Positions 1-8,331 of a stretch of 14,207 bases of DNA are shown here, one piece after another (the stretch's first letter is position 1; each line of letters begins with the position of its first letter). Both the position numbers and the translations under genes were made by a program. A model generated the notes under the pieces. That model saw nothing but the letters and a program-made list of their open reading frames with translations, made no database searches and was not told the origin of the DNA. Source of the stretch: Candidatus Hydrogenedentota bacterium. GTDB lineage: Bacteria > Hydrogenedentota > Hydrogenedentia > Hydrogenedentales > SLHB01. The stretch is from positions 1 to 14,207 of the forward strand of contig JARKSN010000132.1 in assembly GCA_029974275.1 (NCBI GenBank). Direction: 5' to 3'.

Positions 1-393
1 GGACTGCTGTCCGAGGGCGTTACGATCGTCGTGAGCACCGCCTACCTGGACGAGGCCGAGCGATGCAACCGGGTGGCCCTCATGTACGAGGGGCGTTTCG
101 TTCTGACCGGGACTCCCGGGGAAATAAAGGCATCGATGGGCGGATCGCTGGTGGAAATCCGGCCATCGGACGTGTGGAAGGCCGAGGCCGCGCTTGCGGA
201 AAGCGGAGAGTTCGGCACCGTCATCCGCGAGGGTACCGCTCTCCGGTTCTTCGTTCCCGACGCACGGCGCGCCGACGCGCGCATCCGGGCGGTCCTCTCG
301 CGCAAAGGCATCCGCGCGGGCACGGCGATGGTAAAGACCCCGTCTCTTGAAAACTGTTTCATGGAAATCATATCGGGAGGTGGGGGTCGATGA
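1..393 (+). CDS. ABC transporter ATP-binding protein, C-terminal part (5'-truncated by window edge); resembles the first NBD of YbhF plus a C-terminal accessory domain
   Basis: The frame is open from base 1 (GLLSEGVTIVVSTAYLDEAERCNRVALMYEG), so the GTG at 31 is internal. It has the H-loop region STAYLDEAE and a C-terminal PSLENCF motif typical of DrrA/YbhF-type ATPases. The stop overlaps the next start (ATGA at 390-393). Confidence 0.9.
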   Translation, partial: GLLSEGVTIVVSTAYLDEAERCNRVALMYEGRFVLTGTPGEIKASMGGSLVEIRPSDVWKAEAALAESGEFGTVIREGTALRFFVPDARRADARIRAVLSRKGIRAGTAMVKTPSLENCFMEIISGGGGR

Positions 394-1547
394 AATCCGG
401 AAGATCGCTCGGCCGTATCCTCGCCGTGGCCGGCAAGGAATGGCTGCAGATCCGGCGCGACGCGCGGAGCCTCGCGCTGTCGCTCGTGGCGCCCGCGCTG
501 CTCATCATGCTCTTCGGCTACGCGCTGACGGTGGACGTGAAGAACGTGTCCATGGCCGTGTACGATATGGACCGGAGCACGCTTTCCCGCCGCCTCGTGG
601 AGGAATTCTCCCACACGGAATACCTCACGGTCCGCGGCCATGTCTCGGGATATGACGAGATCGACGGACTCATGGATCGTGAACACATCGCGATGGCGCT
701 CGTCATCCCGGCGGGATTCGAGCGCCGCTACAAATCCGGAAAAAGCGTCGAGGTACAGCTCGTCACCGACGGTTCGGACGCGACGACGGCCACCGTGGCG
801 ATCGGTTACGCGAGCGCCATCGTAACTAATTTCAACCTTGACCTTAAAATCCGGGAGCTCGCGCGCTCCGGTATCCGCGGCCCGAGGATGCCCGTGGACG
901 TGCGCAGCCGGATATGGTATAACCCGGAGCTCGAGAGCAAGAACTTCATCATCCCCGGACTGATCGTCCTCATTCTGGCCATCATATCCGCGCTTATCGC
1001 CTCACTTACCATATCGCGCGAATGGGAGCGCGGCACCATGGAGACGCTCATCACCACGCCGGTCCGCGGGCACGAGCTCGTGCTGGGGAAACTCATACCC
1101 TATCTGTTCATCGGGCTCTTCGACGTGGCGGCGACCATCACCCTGGGGTATTTTGTCTTCGATGTCCCATTGAAAGGAAGCTTCGTGGAGCTCGTGCTTG
1201 TGGCGCTCCTGTTCCTCGCCGGCACCTCCTCTCTCGGCGTTCTCCTCTCGGCCGCGACACGCGTGCAGGTGCTCTCGGTGCAGGCCGCCATGGTGGTTAC
1301 CTACCTGCCGTCGTTTATACTCTCGGGCTTCATCTTCCCGATCAAGAGCATGCCGATCGTCGTGCAGGCAATTACCTACCTCGTCCCGGCTAAGTACCTG
1401 ATCGTGCTCATAAAGGGAATCGCGCTCAAGGGTGTGAGCGTCGGCCTTTTATGGATGCAGATCGTGTTTCTCGCCATCTTCGCGCTCCTCGTGCTCGCCG
1501 GGAGCGTGCGCAAACTCTCGATGCGGCTTCCGGAGGCGCGGTCATGA
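390..1547 (+). CDS. ybhS: ABC-2 type transporter permease (YbhS-like), 385 aa
   Basis: Starts KEWLQIRRD-R, then one TM helix (LFGYAL) and a large extracytoplasmic domain (DGSD, WYNPEL). It then has PGL, the ISREWERGTMETL-TTP signature, further TM helices and LSGFIFPI-SMP. There is a GGAGG SD upstream. Confidence 0.9.
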   Translation: MKSGRSLGRILAVAGKEWLQIRRDARSLALSLVAPALLIMLFGYALTVDVKNVSMAVYDMDRSTLSRRLVEEFSHTEYLTVRGHVSGYDEIDGLMDREHIAMALVIPAGFERRYKSGKSVEVQLVTDGSDATTATVAIGYASAIVTNFNLDLKIRELARSGIRGPRMPVDVRSRIWYNPELESKNFIIPGLIVLILAIISALIASLTISREWERGTMETLITTPVRGHELVLGKLIPYLFIGLFDVAATITLGYFVFDVPLKGSFVELVLVALLFLAGTSSLGVLLSAATRVQVLSVQAAMVVTYLPSFILSGFIFPIKSMPIVVQAITYLVPAKYLIVLIKGIALKGVSVGLLWMQIVFLAIFALLVLAGSVRKLSMRLPEARS

Positions 1548-2701
1548 AATGGATACGCGGAAACATCCTTAAAAGCATGGTGATCAAGGAATTCAAGCAG
1601 GTACTCCGGGATCGGCGGATGATAGGCGTGCTCTTCGGCTCGCCCGTGGCGATGCTCCTCATCTTCGGTTACGCGGCCAACACGGACGTGACAGGTATCG
1701 ACATGGTCCTGGTGGACGAGGACCGGTCCGCTGCCAGCCGCGATTTTACACGCCGTTTTACCGCCAGCGGCTACTTCAGGCTGGAGGCGGCGCCGGATTC
1801 GCCGGCGGAGGGAACTCGTCTGCTCGACGCGGGCAGGGCGGACATGATGCTCCATATCTGCACGGGGTTCGCGAGCGACGTTAAATCGGGCCGCGGGACG
1901 GCGGTCCAGCTCATCCTGGACGGTTCCGACTCGAGCCGCGCTTCGGTGATCATGGCGTACGTTAACCGTATAACGGGGGACTATTCATTCGGCTATCTCC
2001 AGGACCGGATACGGATTCTCGCCCTCGCGCGAGGCACCGGCGGCGTGCGCTCGAAACAGAGCGTACGGCTGGCAGAACGCGCTCTCTTCAATCCCGACCT
2101 GGCCTCGCGGAATTTCCTGCTTCCGGGCGTCCTCGGCCTCCTCATCGCGCTCATCACGATAATGCTCACCTCCATGTCCGTGGTGAAAGAGAGGGAATCG
2201 GGCACCATGGAGCAGATCATCGTCTCGCCGCTCCGGCCGATGGAGTTCGTCGCGGGCAAAACGCTCCCCTTCGCGATTATCGGTTTCGCCGATATCTGTG
2301 TCGTAACGCTCATCGCCATCGCCTGGTTCCGGGTTCCGTTCAACGGGAGCTTCGCGCTTCTCCTGATGTCGGGCGTGCTTTTCATCCTCTCGACGCTTGC
2401 GGTGGGCCTTTACATTTCAACCGTGTCGCGCACGCAGCAGCAGGCGATGCTCTCCACGTTTCTGTTCTTCGTCCCGGCGATCCTCTTTTCAGGTTTTGTC
2501 TTCCCGATCTACGCGATGCCGATTCCTGTCCAGGCGGTGACCTTTCTTAATCCGCTCCGCTATTTCATCACAATCATCCGGGGGATTTTCCTTAAAGGGG
2601 TCGGTGCGGGGGTGCTCTGGCCCGAGATGCTCGCGCTTTTCGCGCTCGGCGGCGCGCTGCTCTTCTTCAGTGTGCGTCGCTTCAGCGGCAGGATGGAATA
2701 G
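1544..2701 (+). CDS. ybhR: ABC-2 type transporter permease (YbhR-like), 385 aa
   Basis: The start is reassigned to the ATG at 1544 (ATGA overlap with the upstream stop, GGAGG upstream). Motifs are KEFKQVLRD-R, IFGYAAN, DGSD, FNPDL, VVKERESGTMEQ-IVSP, FSGFVFPI-AMP and NPLRYF. Confidence 0.9.
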   Translation: MKWIRGNILKSMVIKEFKQVLRDRRMIGVLFGSPVAMLLIFGYAANTDVTGIDMVLVDEDRSAASRDFTRRFTASGYFRLEAAPDSPAEGTRLLDAGRADMMLHICTGFASDVKSGRGTAVQLILDGSDSSRASVIMAYVNRITGDYSFGYLQDRIRILALARGTGGVRSKQSVRLAERALFNPDLASRNFLLPGVLGLLIALITIMLTSMSVVKERESGTMEQIIVSPLRPMEFVAGKTLPFAIIGFADICVVTLIAIAWFRVPFNGSFALLLMSGVLFILSTLAVGLYISTVSRTQQQAMLSTFLFFVPAILFSGFVFPIYAMPIPVQAVTFLNPLRYFITIIRGIFLKGVGAGVLWPEMLALFALGGALLFFSVRRFSGRME

Positions 2702-2711
2702 GAGGGGCGCC

Positions 2712-3641
2712 ATGAACGGTAATACGGTCGAAGTCCGGGGCCTCACTAAGCGTTTCGGCGACTTTTACGCGGTAAACGACATCGGTTTCGCGGTCCGCGC
2801 GGGGGAAATATTCGGTTTCCTGGGGCCGAACGGGGCCGGCAAGAGCACGACAATCCGCATGCTCTGCGGCATCCTGGCACCGACGGCGGGCGAGGGGAGT
2901 GTGGCCGGTTTCAACATCATGACCGAGCAGGAGGGCATAAAGAGCGCGATCGGCTATATGTCTCAGAGGTTTTCGCTCTATGATGACCTGACGGTGCGCG
3001 AGAACCTGGAATTTTTCGGCAGTGTGTACGGTCTCGAAGGCGCGCGCCTGCGGGAACGCATCGCGTACGTCATGAAAATGGCGGATATCGGGAGGCGGGG
3101 TGACGCGATGGTCAGGGGGCTCCCCGGCGGCGTGAAGCAGCGCCTGGCCCTGGGCGGAGCGATTCTGCACGATCCGCCGGTGCTCTTTCTCGACGAACCG
3201 ACATCGGGAGTGGACCCCATCATGCGGCGCACCTTCTGGGAGATCATCTACGATTTCTCGAGAAACGGCAAGACCATCTTCGTAACCACTCACTATATGG
3301 ACGAGGCGGAGCACTGCGACCGCATGGCGCTCATCATCGCCGGGAAGATCATCGCGCTGGACTCTCCCGCCGCGCTCAAGGCGGCCCTGCCCTACAGTGT
3401 GTGGTCTCTCCGCGCGGAACGCTTCATCGAGGTGTTCGAGGAGGTCGCGGCGTTTCCGTTTATCGACGAAGCGGCGATTTTCGGAAGTGACATCCACATC
3501 ATGTGTAAAAAGGATTTACCGCTGAAGCGCGAGCTCTCACGCGCCCTGCGTGAAAGGGGGGTCTCCGGTTTCAGAATCGAGGAAGTGGACGCCACACTGG
3601 AAGACGTTTTCGTTTCCCACGCACGCAGGCTGGGGGTTTGA
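2712..3641 (+). CDS. ABC transporter ATP-binding protein (resembles the second NBD of YbhF), 309 aa
   Basis: The start is reassigned to the ATG at 2712, after the SD AGGAGG. It has Walker A GPNGAGKST, Q-loop YMSQRFSLY, signature LPGGVKQR, Walker B/D-loop LFLDEPTSGVD, H-loop TTHYMDEAE and C-terminal TLEDVF. Confidence 0.93.
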   Translation: MNGNTVEVRGLTKRFGDFYAVNDIGFAVRAGEIFGFLGPNGAGKSTTIRMLCGILAPTAGEGSVAGFNIMTEQEGIKSAIGYMSQRFSLYDDLTVRENLEFFGSVYGLEGARLRERIAYVMKMADIGRRGDAMVRGLPGGVKQRLALGGAILHDPPVLFLDEPTSGVDPIMRRTFWEIIYDFSRNGKTIFVTTHYMDEAEHCDRMALIIAGKIIALDSPAALKAALPYSVWSLRAERFIEVFEEVAAFPFIDEAAIFGSDIHIMCKKDLPLKRELSRALRERGVSGFRIEEVDATLEDVFVSHARRLGV

Positions 3642-3674
3642 GGCCGCTCGGCTGTCCCGAAAGTAAATGCCTCA

Positions 3675-3683
3675 TGGTATTAT
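3675..3683 (+). promoter_or_regulatory. candidate extended -10 promoter element (TGgTATTAT) for the membrane/TPR gene
   Basis: TG-n-TATTAT lies in a short AT-rich patch of the intergenic region. There is no convincing -35. Confidence 0.35.
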
Positions 3684-3769
3684 AAAAAAACGTTGCAAAC
3701 GGCGGCGGCGGCTTCATGGTTTACCGAGCCGGCGGATTCCGCCGCACTTCGACAAGTTGAGGTTTGATG

Positions 3770-5023
3770 ATGACAGCCAGATTCTCCACGGGCCTGCGCT
3801 CTTTCATTTTTAATTCCGGAATCTGCGCCGTTCTCTTCGGCGTGATTCTCGCGGCGTATTACCTGTTCCCTGTGCAGTACGTGCATCTTATCGCGGAGGA
3901 CACTCCCGCCGAATACGCCACCACCACCGCGTATCTCGCGGGATGTCTCCTGCTTCTGTGGGCGATGATACGGAACAGGGACGCGCGAACGATGATGTGC
4001 GCCCTCCTTCTGCTTTTTATGTTTTTCGTCGGCATGGAGGAGATAAGCTGGGGCCAGCGGATCATCGGTATCGAGACCTCGGATTTCTTCATGGAGCACA
4101 ACCATCAGCGCGAGTTCAACCTCCACAACCTGAGCTTCGTGCGGTATACCAAAATGATCTTTCATAACGGGATGCTCGCATGGTTGTTGCTTTCCTGGAT
4201 ACCCTGGTCGAGGCTCGGCGCGTTTGGACGTCTGCTGGGGTGGCTCAAGGTGCCGAAGATACCTCCTCACGCGGCGCCGTATTGTATCCTGGCGCTCCTT
4301 TTCGCGTATCTCGGCGTCATTCCCAAATCGGAAGAACTGAACGAGCTCCTTTTCGCGTTCGGGTTCGGCCTGGTGTCGCTGGACATCCTGTATACGACCG
4401 GCCCGAAATCCTCGCCGGGCCGCTCTCAGCTCATCCCGTCCCTCGTGATGGTCGCCGCCGTGGTGGTGAGCGCGGTTGCCCTCTCAATACGCTGGCCGTG
4501 GCCCGACGTGCTGGCCTCGCGCATGAATCTCTTCGCCGTAAAGGAGTACCCGCGGCACGGGCTCGACGTTCAGGCCGAAAAGGTCTTCGAGTACCTGGTC
4601 GCCACGCCACAGCTCCGCAATCCCGACACGCTGTACAACTACGCGTCCTTTCTCCGAAAAAGGGGTGAGGAGGAGCGCGCGCAATCCCTGATATCCATGG
4701 CGATCGAGGAGAAAAAGAAACGCATCGCCGGCGGAACGGAGAACGGCACCGCCTATTATCGGATGGCCAACTTCTACGCCTCGCTTTCCAGGCGCGCCGA
4801 GGAACAACGTGCGCTGAAGAGGGCCATCGAGCTGTATGCCGCCGAGATCCGCGATCTCGAGCAGGGAATTCGCTCGGGGAAAATGATCAGAAAGGTCGCG
4901 GAGACCCGTCTTCGTTATGCGTACGACGAGATCGCCGACGCGTACGAGAGAACCGGGAACGGGGAATCCGCGACGAAATACCGCGCTCTCCTCGAAGGGC
5001 TCGGCGGTGCGCCGGGGAAATAG
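3770..5023 (+). CDS. uncharacterised polytopic membrane protein (EEISWGQR...N-Q-E-N-HN motif) with C-terminal TPR-like helical domain
   Basis: About 7 hydrophobic segments occupy the N-terminal ~240 aa. The C-terminus has TPR-like helices (LYNYASFLRKRGEEERAQSL, AYYRMANFYASL, AYDEIADAYERTGNGESATKY). The SD-like GAGGT at 3759-3763 favours ATG 3770; TTG 3764 and ATG 3767 are alternatives. Confidence 0.8.
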   Translation: MTARFSTGLRSFIFNSGICAVLFGVILAAYYLFPVQYVHLIAEDTPAEYATTTAYLAGCLLLLWAMIRNRDARTMMCALLLLFMFFVGMEEISWGQRIIGIETSDFFMEHNHQREFNLHNLSFVRYTKMIFHNGMLAWLLLSWIPWSRLGAFGRLLGWLKVPKIPPHAAPYCILALLFAYLGVIPKSEELNELLFAFGFGLVSLDILYTTGPKSSPGRSQLIPSLVMVAAVVVSAVALSIRWPWPDVLASRMNLFAVKEYPRHGLDVQAEKVFEYLVATPQLRNPDTLYNYASFLRKRGEEERAQSLISMAIEEKKKRIAGGTENGTAYYRMANFYASLSRRAEEQRALKRAIELYAAEIRDLEQGIRSGKMIRKVAETRLRYAYDEIADAYERTGNGESATKYRALLEGLGGAPGK

Positions 5024-5068
5024 TACGCGGGGAGCGTCCTGGACGGAAAAGCGAAGGGCGCGGCCGCC

Positions 5069-6310
5069 TCAGCCGAACTTGTCGAAGCGGATCATCTCCG
5101 GTTCGACACCGAGGTCGTCCAGCATTTTCTGTACGGCGTCGAGCATCATCGGCGGGCCGCAGAGATAGTATTCGATCTCCTCGGGCGCGGGGTGCTTCTT
5201 TAAATAGTTTTCATATACCGCCTGGTGGATGAATCCGGTGTTGCCCTTCCATTTGTCCTCGGGCAGCGGCTCCGAGAGCGCTATGTTGAACGAGAAGTTC
5301 TTGTGCCTCTTCTCTATCTGCCTGAATTCGTCCTCGTAGAAGATCTCCCTTTTGGAGCGCGCGCCGTACCAGTAGTTCACCTTTCGTTTCGTCTTCAGTG
5401 TATGGAAGAGATGAAAGATGTGCGAGCGCAGCGGCGCCATGCCCGCGCCTCCGCCGATGTACATCATCTCGCGGTCCGTCTCCTGTATGAAGAACTCGCC
5501 GAACGGGCCCGAGATCGATACCCGGTCGCCAGGCGTGCGGCTGAAGATATACGACGAGCCGATGCCGGGGGGGAGGTCGCTGAAGTGCCGGCGTTTGAAG
5601 TCCCATGGCGGCGTGGCGATGCGGACGTTGAGCTTTATGAGGTTCCCCTCGGCCGGGTGGTTCGCCATGGAATAGGCGCGCGTGTCGGTCGATGCGTTCT
5701 TCGACGTGAAGTCGAAAATGTCCAGACGTTTCCAGTCGTCGATATATTCGGGCTCAACCTGTATGTCCTTCGAGAAGGCGATGGCGTACGGAGGGATGTC
5801 GATCTGTATGTAGCCGCCGGGCTTGAAGTCGAGAGTCTCCCCCTCCGGCAGGCGCACCACGAATTCCTTGATGAAAGTCGCCACGTTCGCGTTCGAGACC
5901 ACCTCGCAGTCCCATCTTTTAATGGAGAAGATCTCCTCGGGAACCCGGACGGCCATGTCTCCGCGCACCTTCACCTGGCAGGAGAGCCGCCAGTGCTGCT
6001 TCTCCATGGCGCGCGTTATATGCGCCGTTTCCGTGGGCAGAATGTCGCCGCCTCCTTCCATCACCTGGCACTTGCAGGTGCCGCAGGTCCCCTTTCCGCC
6101 GCAGGCCGATGGGAGCAGAATGCCCTGCTGTGAGAGGATGGTGAGCAGGGACTTGCCCGGCTGGGCCTCGAAGGCCTTTTCCGCGTCCTCGTTTATAAGG
6201 ATGCGCGCCGCGCCCTTGGGCGCGAGGCGGGATTCGGCAGCGATGATTACCAGGCCGAGCGCAAGGATGATGAGAGAAAACGCCGCCACACCGGTCGCAA
6301 TGACGATCAT
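5069..6310 (-). CDS. nqrF: Na+-translocating NADH:quinone oxidoreductase subunit F
   Basis: It has an N-terminal TM anchor and a [2Fe-2S] motif CGGKGTCGTC...RLSCQ. Other motifs are SNANVATFIKE, GGYIQI, FAD-binding RAYSMAN, GGGAGMAPLRSHI, WYGARS and YYLCGPPMM. Confidence 0.97.
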   Translation of the reverse strand: MIVIATGVAAFSLIILALGLVIIAAESRLAPKGAARILINEDAEKAFEAQPGKSLLTILSQQGILLPSACGGKGTCGTCKCQVMEGGGDILPTETAHITRAMEKQHWRLSCQVKVRGDMAVRVPEEIFSIKRWDCEVVSNANVATFIKEFVVRLPEGETLDFKPGGYIQIDIPPYAIAFSKDIQVEPEYIDDWKRLDIFDFTSKNASTDTRAYSMANHPAEGNLIKLNVRIATPPWDFKRRHFSDLPPGIGSSYIFSRTPGDRVSISGPFGEFFIQETDREMMYIGGGAGMAPLRSHIFHLFHTLKTKRKVNYWYGARSKREIFYEDEFRQIEKRHKNFSFNIALSEPLPEDKWKGNTGFIHQAVYENYLKKHPAPEEIEYYLCGPPMMLDAVQKMLDDLGVEPEMIRFDKFG

Positions 6311-6311
6311 A

Positions 6312-6929
6312 TCAGTGCCCCAGGCTTATTCCGGAGAATATCATGAACGCCATGGCCATGAGGCCCGTGACGAGCATGGTGATGCCCAGTCCGCGCATGG
6401 CGGAGGGGATGTTCGAATAACGCAGCTTCCACCGTATCGCCGCCATGCTCACGATCGCCATAAACCAGCCGATACCGGAGCTCACGCCGAACACGGCGGT
6501 CTCGGCGAGCGTGAGCCTTCGTTCCACCATGAAGAGCGAAACGCCGAGAATCGCGCAGTTGACCGTGATGAGCGGCAGGTAGATGCCGAGCGCGCTGTAG
6601 AGCTTCGAGGAGAATTTTTCTATTGCCATCTCCACCACCTGAACGAGCGCGGCGATAACGGCGATAAACGAGATGAACACAAGGAAGCTGAGGTCCACCT
6701 CGCGCATGCGCGGGTCGAGCCAGGCGAGCGCACCCTCGCGGAGCACATACTCGTGAAGTATCCAGTTGACCGGGGCGGTGATGGACAGCACGAAAATGAC
6801 GGCCACGCCCAGGCCGAAGGAGGTCGACATTTTTTTCGAAAGGGCCAGGAAGGAGCACATCCCCAGAAAGTAGGCGAGAAGGATGTTCTCGGTGAATATG
6901 GCGCGGATTCCTATATTGATCAGTTCCAT
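6312..6929 (-). CDS. nqrE: Na+-translocating NADH:quinone oxidoreductase subunit E
   Basis: It contains ENILLAYFLGMCSFLA and LPLITVNCAI (the two Fe-ligand Cys), DLSFL-FISFIAVIAALVQVVEM and LGIT-LV-GLMAMAFM-FSGI. Confidence 0.96.
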   Translation of the reverse strand: MELINIGIRAIFTENILLAYFLGMCSFLALSKKMSTSFGLGVAVIFVLSITAPVNWILHEYVLREGALAWLDPRMREVDLSFLVFISFIAVIAALVQVVEMAIEKFSSKLYSALGIYLPLITVNCAILGVSLFMVERRLTLAETAVFGVSSGIGWFMAIVSMAAIRWKLRYSNIPSAMRGLGITMLVTGLMAMAFMIFSGISLGH

Positions 6930-6935
6930 TGCTTT

Positions 6936-7550
6936 CTACTCCTCGCGGTATCCGGAAATGGTGCGTTGCAGCCATATTATCAGAGCGAGGATGATGAACG
7001 CCCCCGGAGCGAGCACCATGAGGCCGTTGTTCTCGTAGCCCGCGGCGTAGAGCGATTCGGGGAGCACCTGGTAGCCGAGTATTTTCCCGAACCCGAAGAG
7101 CTCGCGGAAAAAGCCGACTATGAAGAGGATGAGCGCGTAGCCCAGGCCGTTCCCCAGCCCGTCGACGAGTGATGGGACGGGGCGGTTCCCCATGGAGAAG
7201 GCCTCGATGCGGCCGAGCACGATACAGTTGGTGATGATAAGACCCACGAAGACCGACAGCTGCTTGGACATCTGGTAGGCGTAGGCCTTCAGAATCTGGT
7301 CCACCAGTATGACGAGCGAGGCCACTACCGTCATCTCGACGATGATCCGCACCTTCTGCGGGATGTACTCGCGCATGAACGAAGTGATGAGGTTTGAAAG
7401 GGCGACAACCGCAATGACGGCAAGACCCATCACGATTGACGGCTTGAGCTGGGATGTGACGGCGAGCGCCGAGCATATGCCGAGCACCTGTGTGGTGATG
7501 GGATTGTTTTCATTTATGGGTGAGAGGAATATCTTTTTATCGACGGCCAT
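6936..7550 (-). CDS. nqrD: Na+-translocating NADH:quinone oxidoreductase subunit D
   Basis: It contains NNPIT-QVLGICSALAVT, SKQLSVFVGLIITNCIV-GR-EAF, DGLGNGLGY and Y-NNGLMVLAPGAF. Confidence 0.96.
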   Translation of the reverse strand: MAVDKKIFLSPINENNPITTQVLGICSALAVTSQLKPSIVMGLAVIAVVALSNLITSFMREYIPQKVRIIVEMTVVASLVILVDQILKAYAYQMSKQLSVFVGLIITNCIVLGRIEAFSMGNRPVPSLVDGLGNGLGYALILFIVGFFRELFGFGKILGYQVLPESLYAAGYENNGLMVLAPGAFIILALIIWLQRTISGYREE

Positions 7551-8331
7551 GGCCGGAACCTCCGCGTCGAATCATGGTGAAATAGGGCTCGTACATCGAG
7601 AGGCTGTTCATTAAGAGCTCGGTGACTCCCTTCGTGGTGAGGGTCGCGCCGCTGATGCCGTCCACCTGGTGAGCCGCCAGGGGCGAGGCCAGCTCGACCT
7701 TCCCCTTCAGCACGGTGATGGAGACAAGATTTCCTTTCGCGTCCAGTATCTTCTTGCCCTTGAACTCTTCCTGGAACCAGCGCGACTGTATCTCGGCGCC
7801 GAGGCCGGGCGTTTCCCCCTGCCGGTAGAAGGTGAGTCCCTTCACGGTATTGAGGTCCGGTTCGAGCGCGAGATAACCGTACAGCGAGGACCAGAGTCCC
7901 TTGCCGTAGATGGGAATGCAATAGGCGGTAACGGTGTCCTTCCCTTTGATCGTATCGACGCGCAGGAATACGGGGAAGCGGCGTTTCTCCACCGGCTTTT
8001 CGGCCTCGCGCGCCGGGTCGATCAGCTCGGGGCGCGTATCCGGTTCGTTCACGGCGGCGCCGCGATGGTCGAGCAGTATGGCGCGCATGTGCTGCTCGTA
8101 GTAAAGGTGCACATCGGTGCAGACGCCCGCATCCATCTCGCGCCGGTGTTCGTCGGCGTCGGCATAGCATTCCATGAAGCCGGCGGCGATAAGGATGTTC
8201 CGCTTCATGTCGGCCTGCTGCAACAGGACCTGGCGCTCCTTGAGAAGCTGAGAGGACATCGCGAGGACGAGCGAGGCGGCGAGCGCCACAGCCGTCAGGA
8301 AGATGAGCGTGTACGCGTTACCCTGCCGCAC
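7537..8331 (-). CDS. nqrC: Na+-translocating NADH:quinone oxidoreductase subunit C
   Basis: GTG start with an AGGAGG SD and a single N-terminal TM helix. Motifs are PIYGKGLWS-LYGYLAL, GETPGLGAEI and the FMN-attachment motif VDGISGATLT. Confidence 0.95.
   Translation of the reverse strand: MRQGNAYTLIFLTAVALAASLVLAMSSQLLKERQVLLQQADMKRNILIAAGFMECYADADEHRREMDAGVCTDVHLYYEQHMRAILLDHRGAAVNEPDTRPELIDPAREAEKPVEKRRFPVFLRVDTIKGKDTVTAYCIPIYGKGLWSSLYGYLALEPDLNTVKGLTFYRQGETPGLGAEIQSRWFQEEFKGKKILDAKGNLVSITVLKGKVELASPLAAHQVDGISGATLTTKGVTELLMNSLSMYEPYFTMIRRGGSGHGRR

Noticed and set aside
390..2701. Both permeases are exactly 385 aa, suggesting a recent tandem duplication
   Set aside because: The sequences are strongly diverged, and paired YbhS/YbhR paralogues of similar length are the norm.
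3679..3744. Minus-strand perfect TATAAT (3684-3679) as an antisense promoter, and hairpin CGGCGG-ATT-CCGCCG (3730-3744) as a terminator
   Set aside because: The antisense -10 has no -35 or TG extension, and the hairpin lacks a U-tract.
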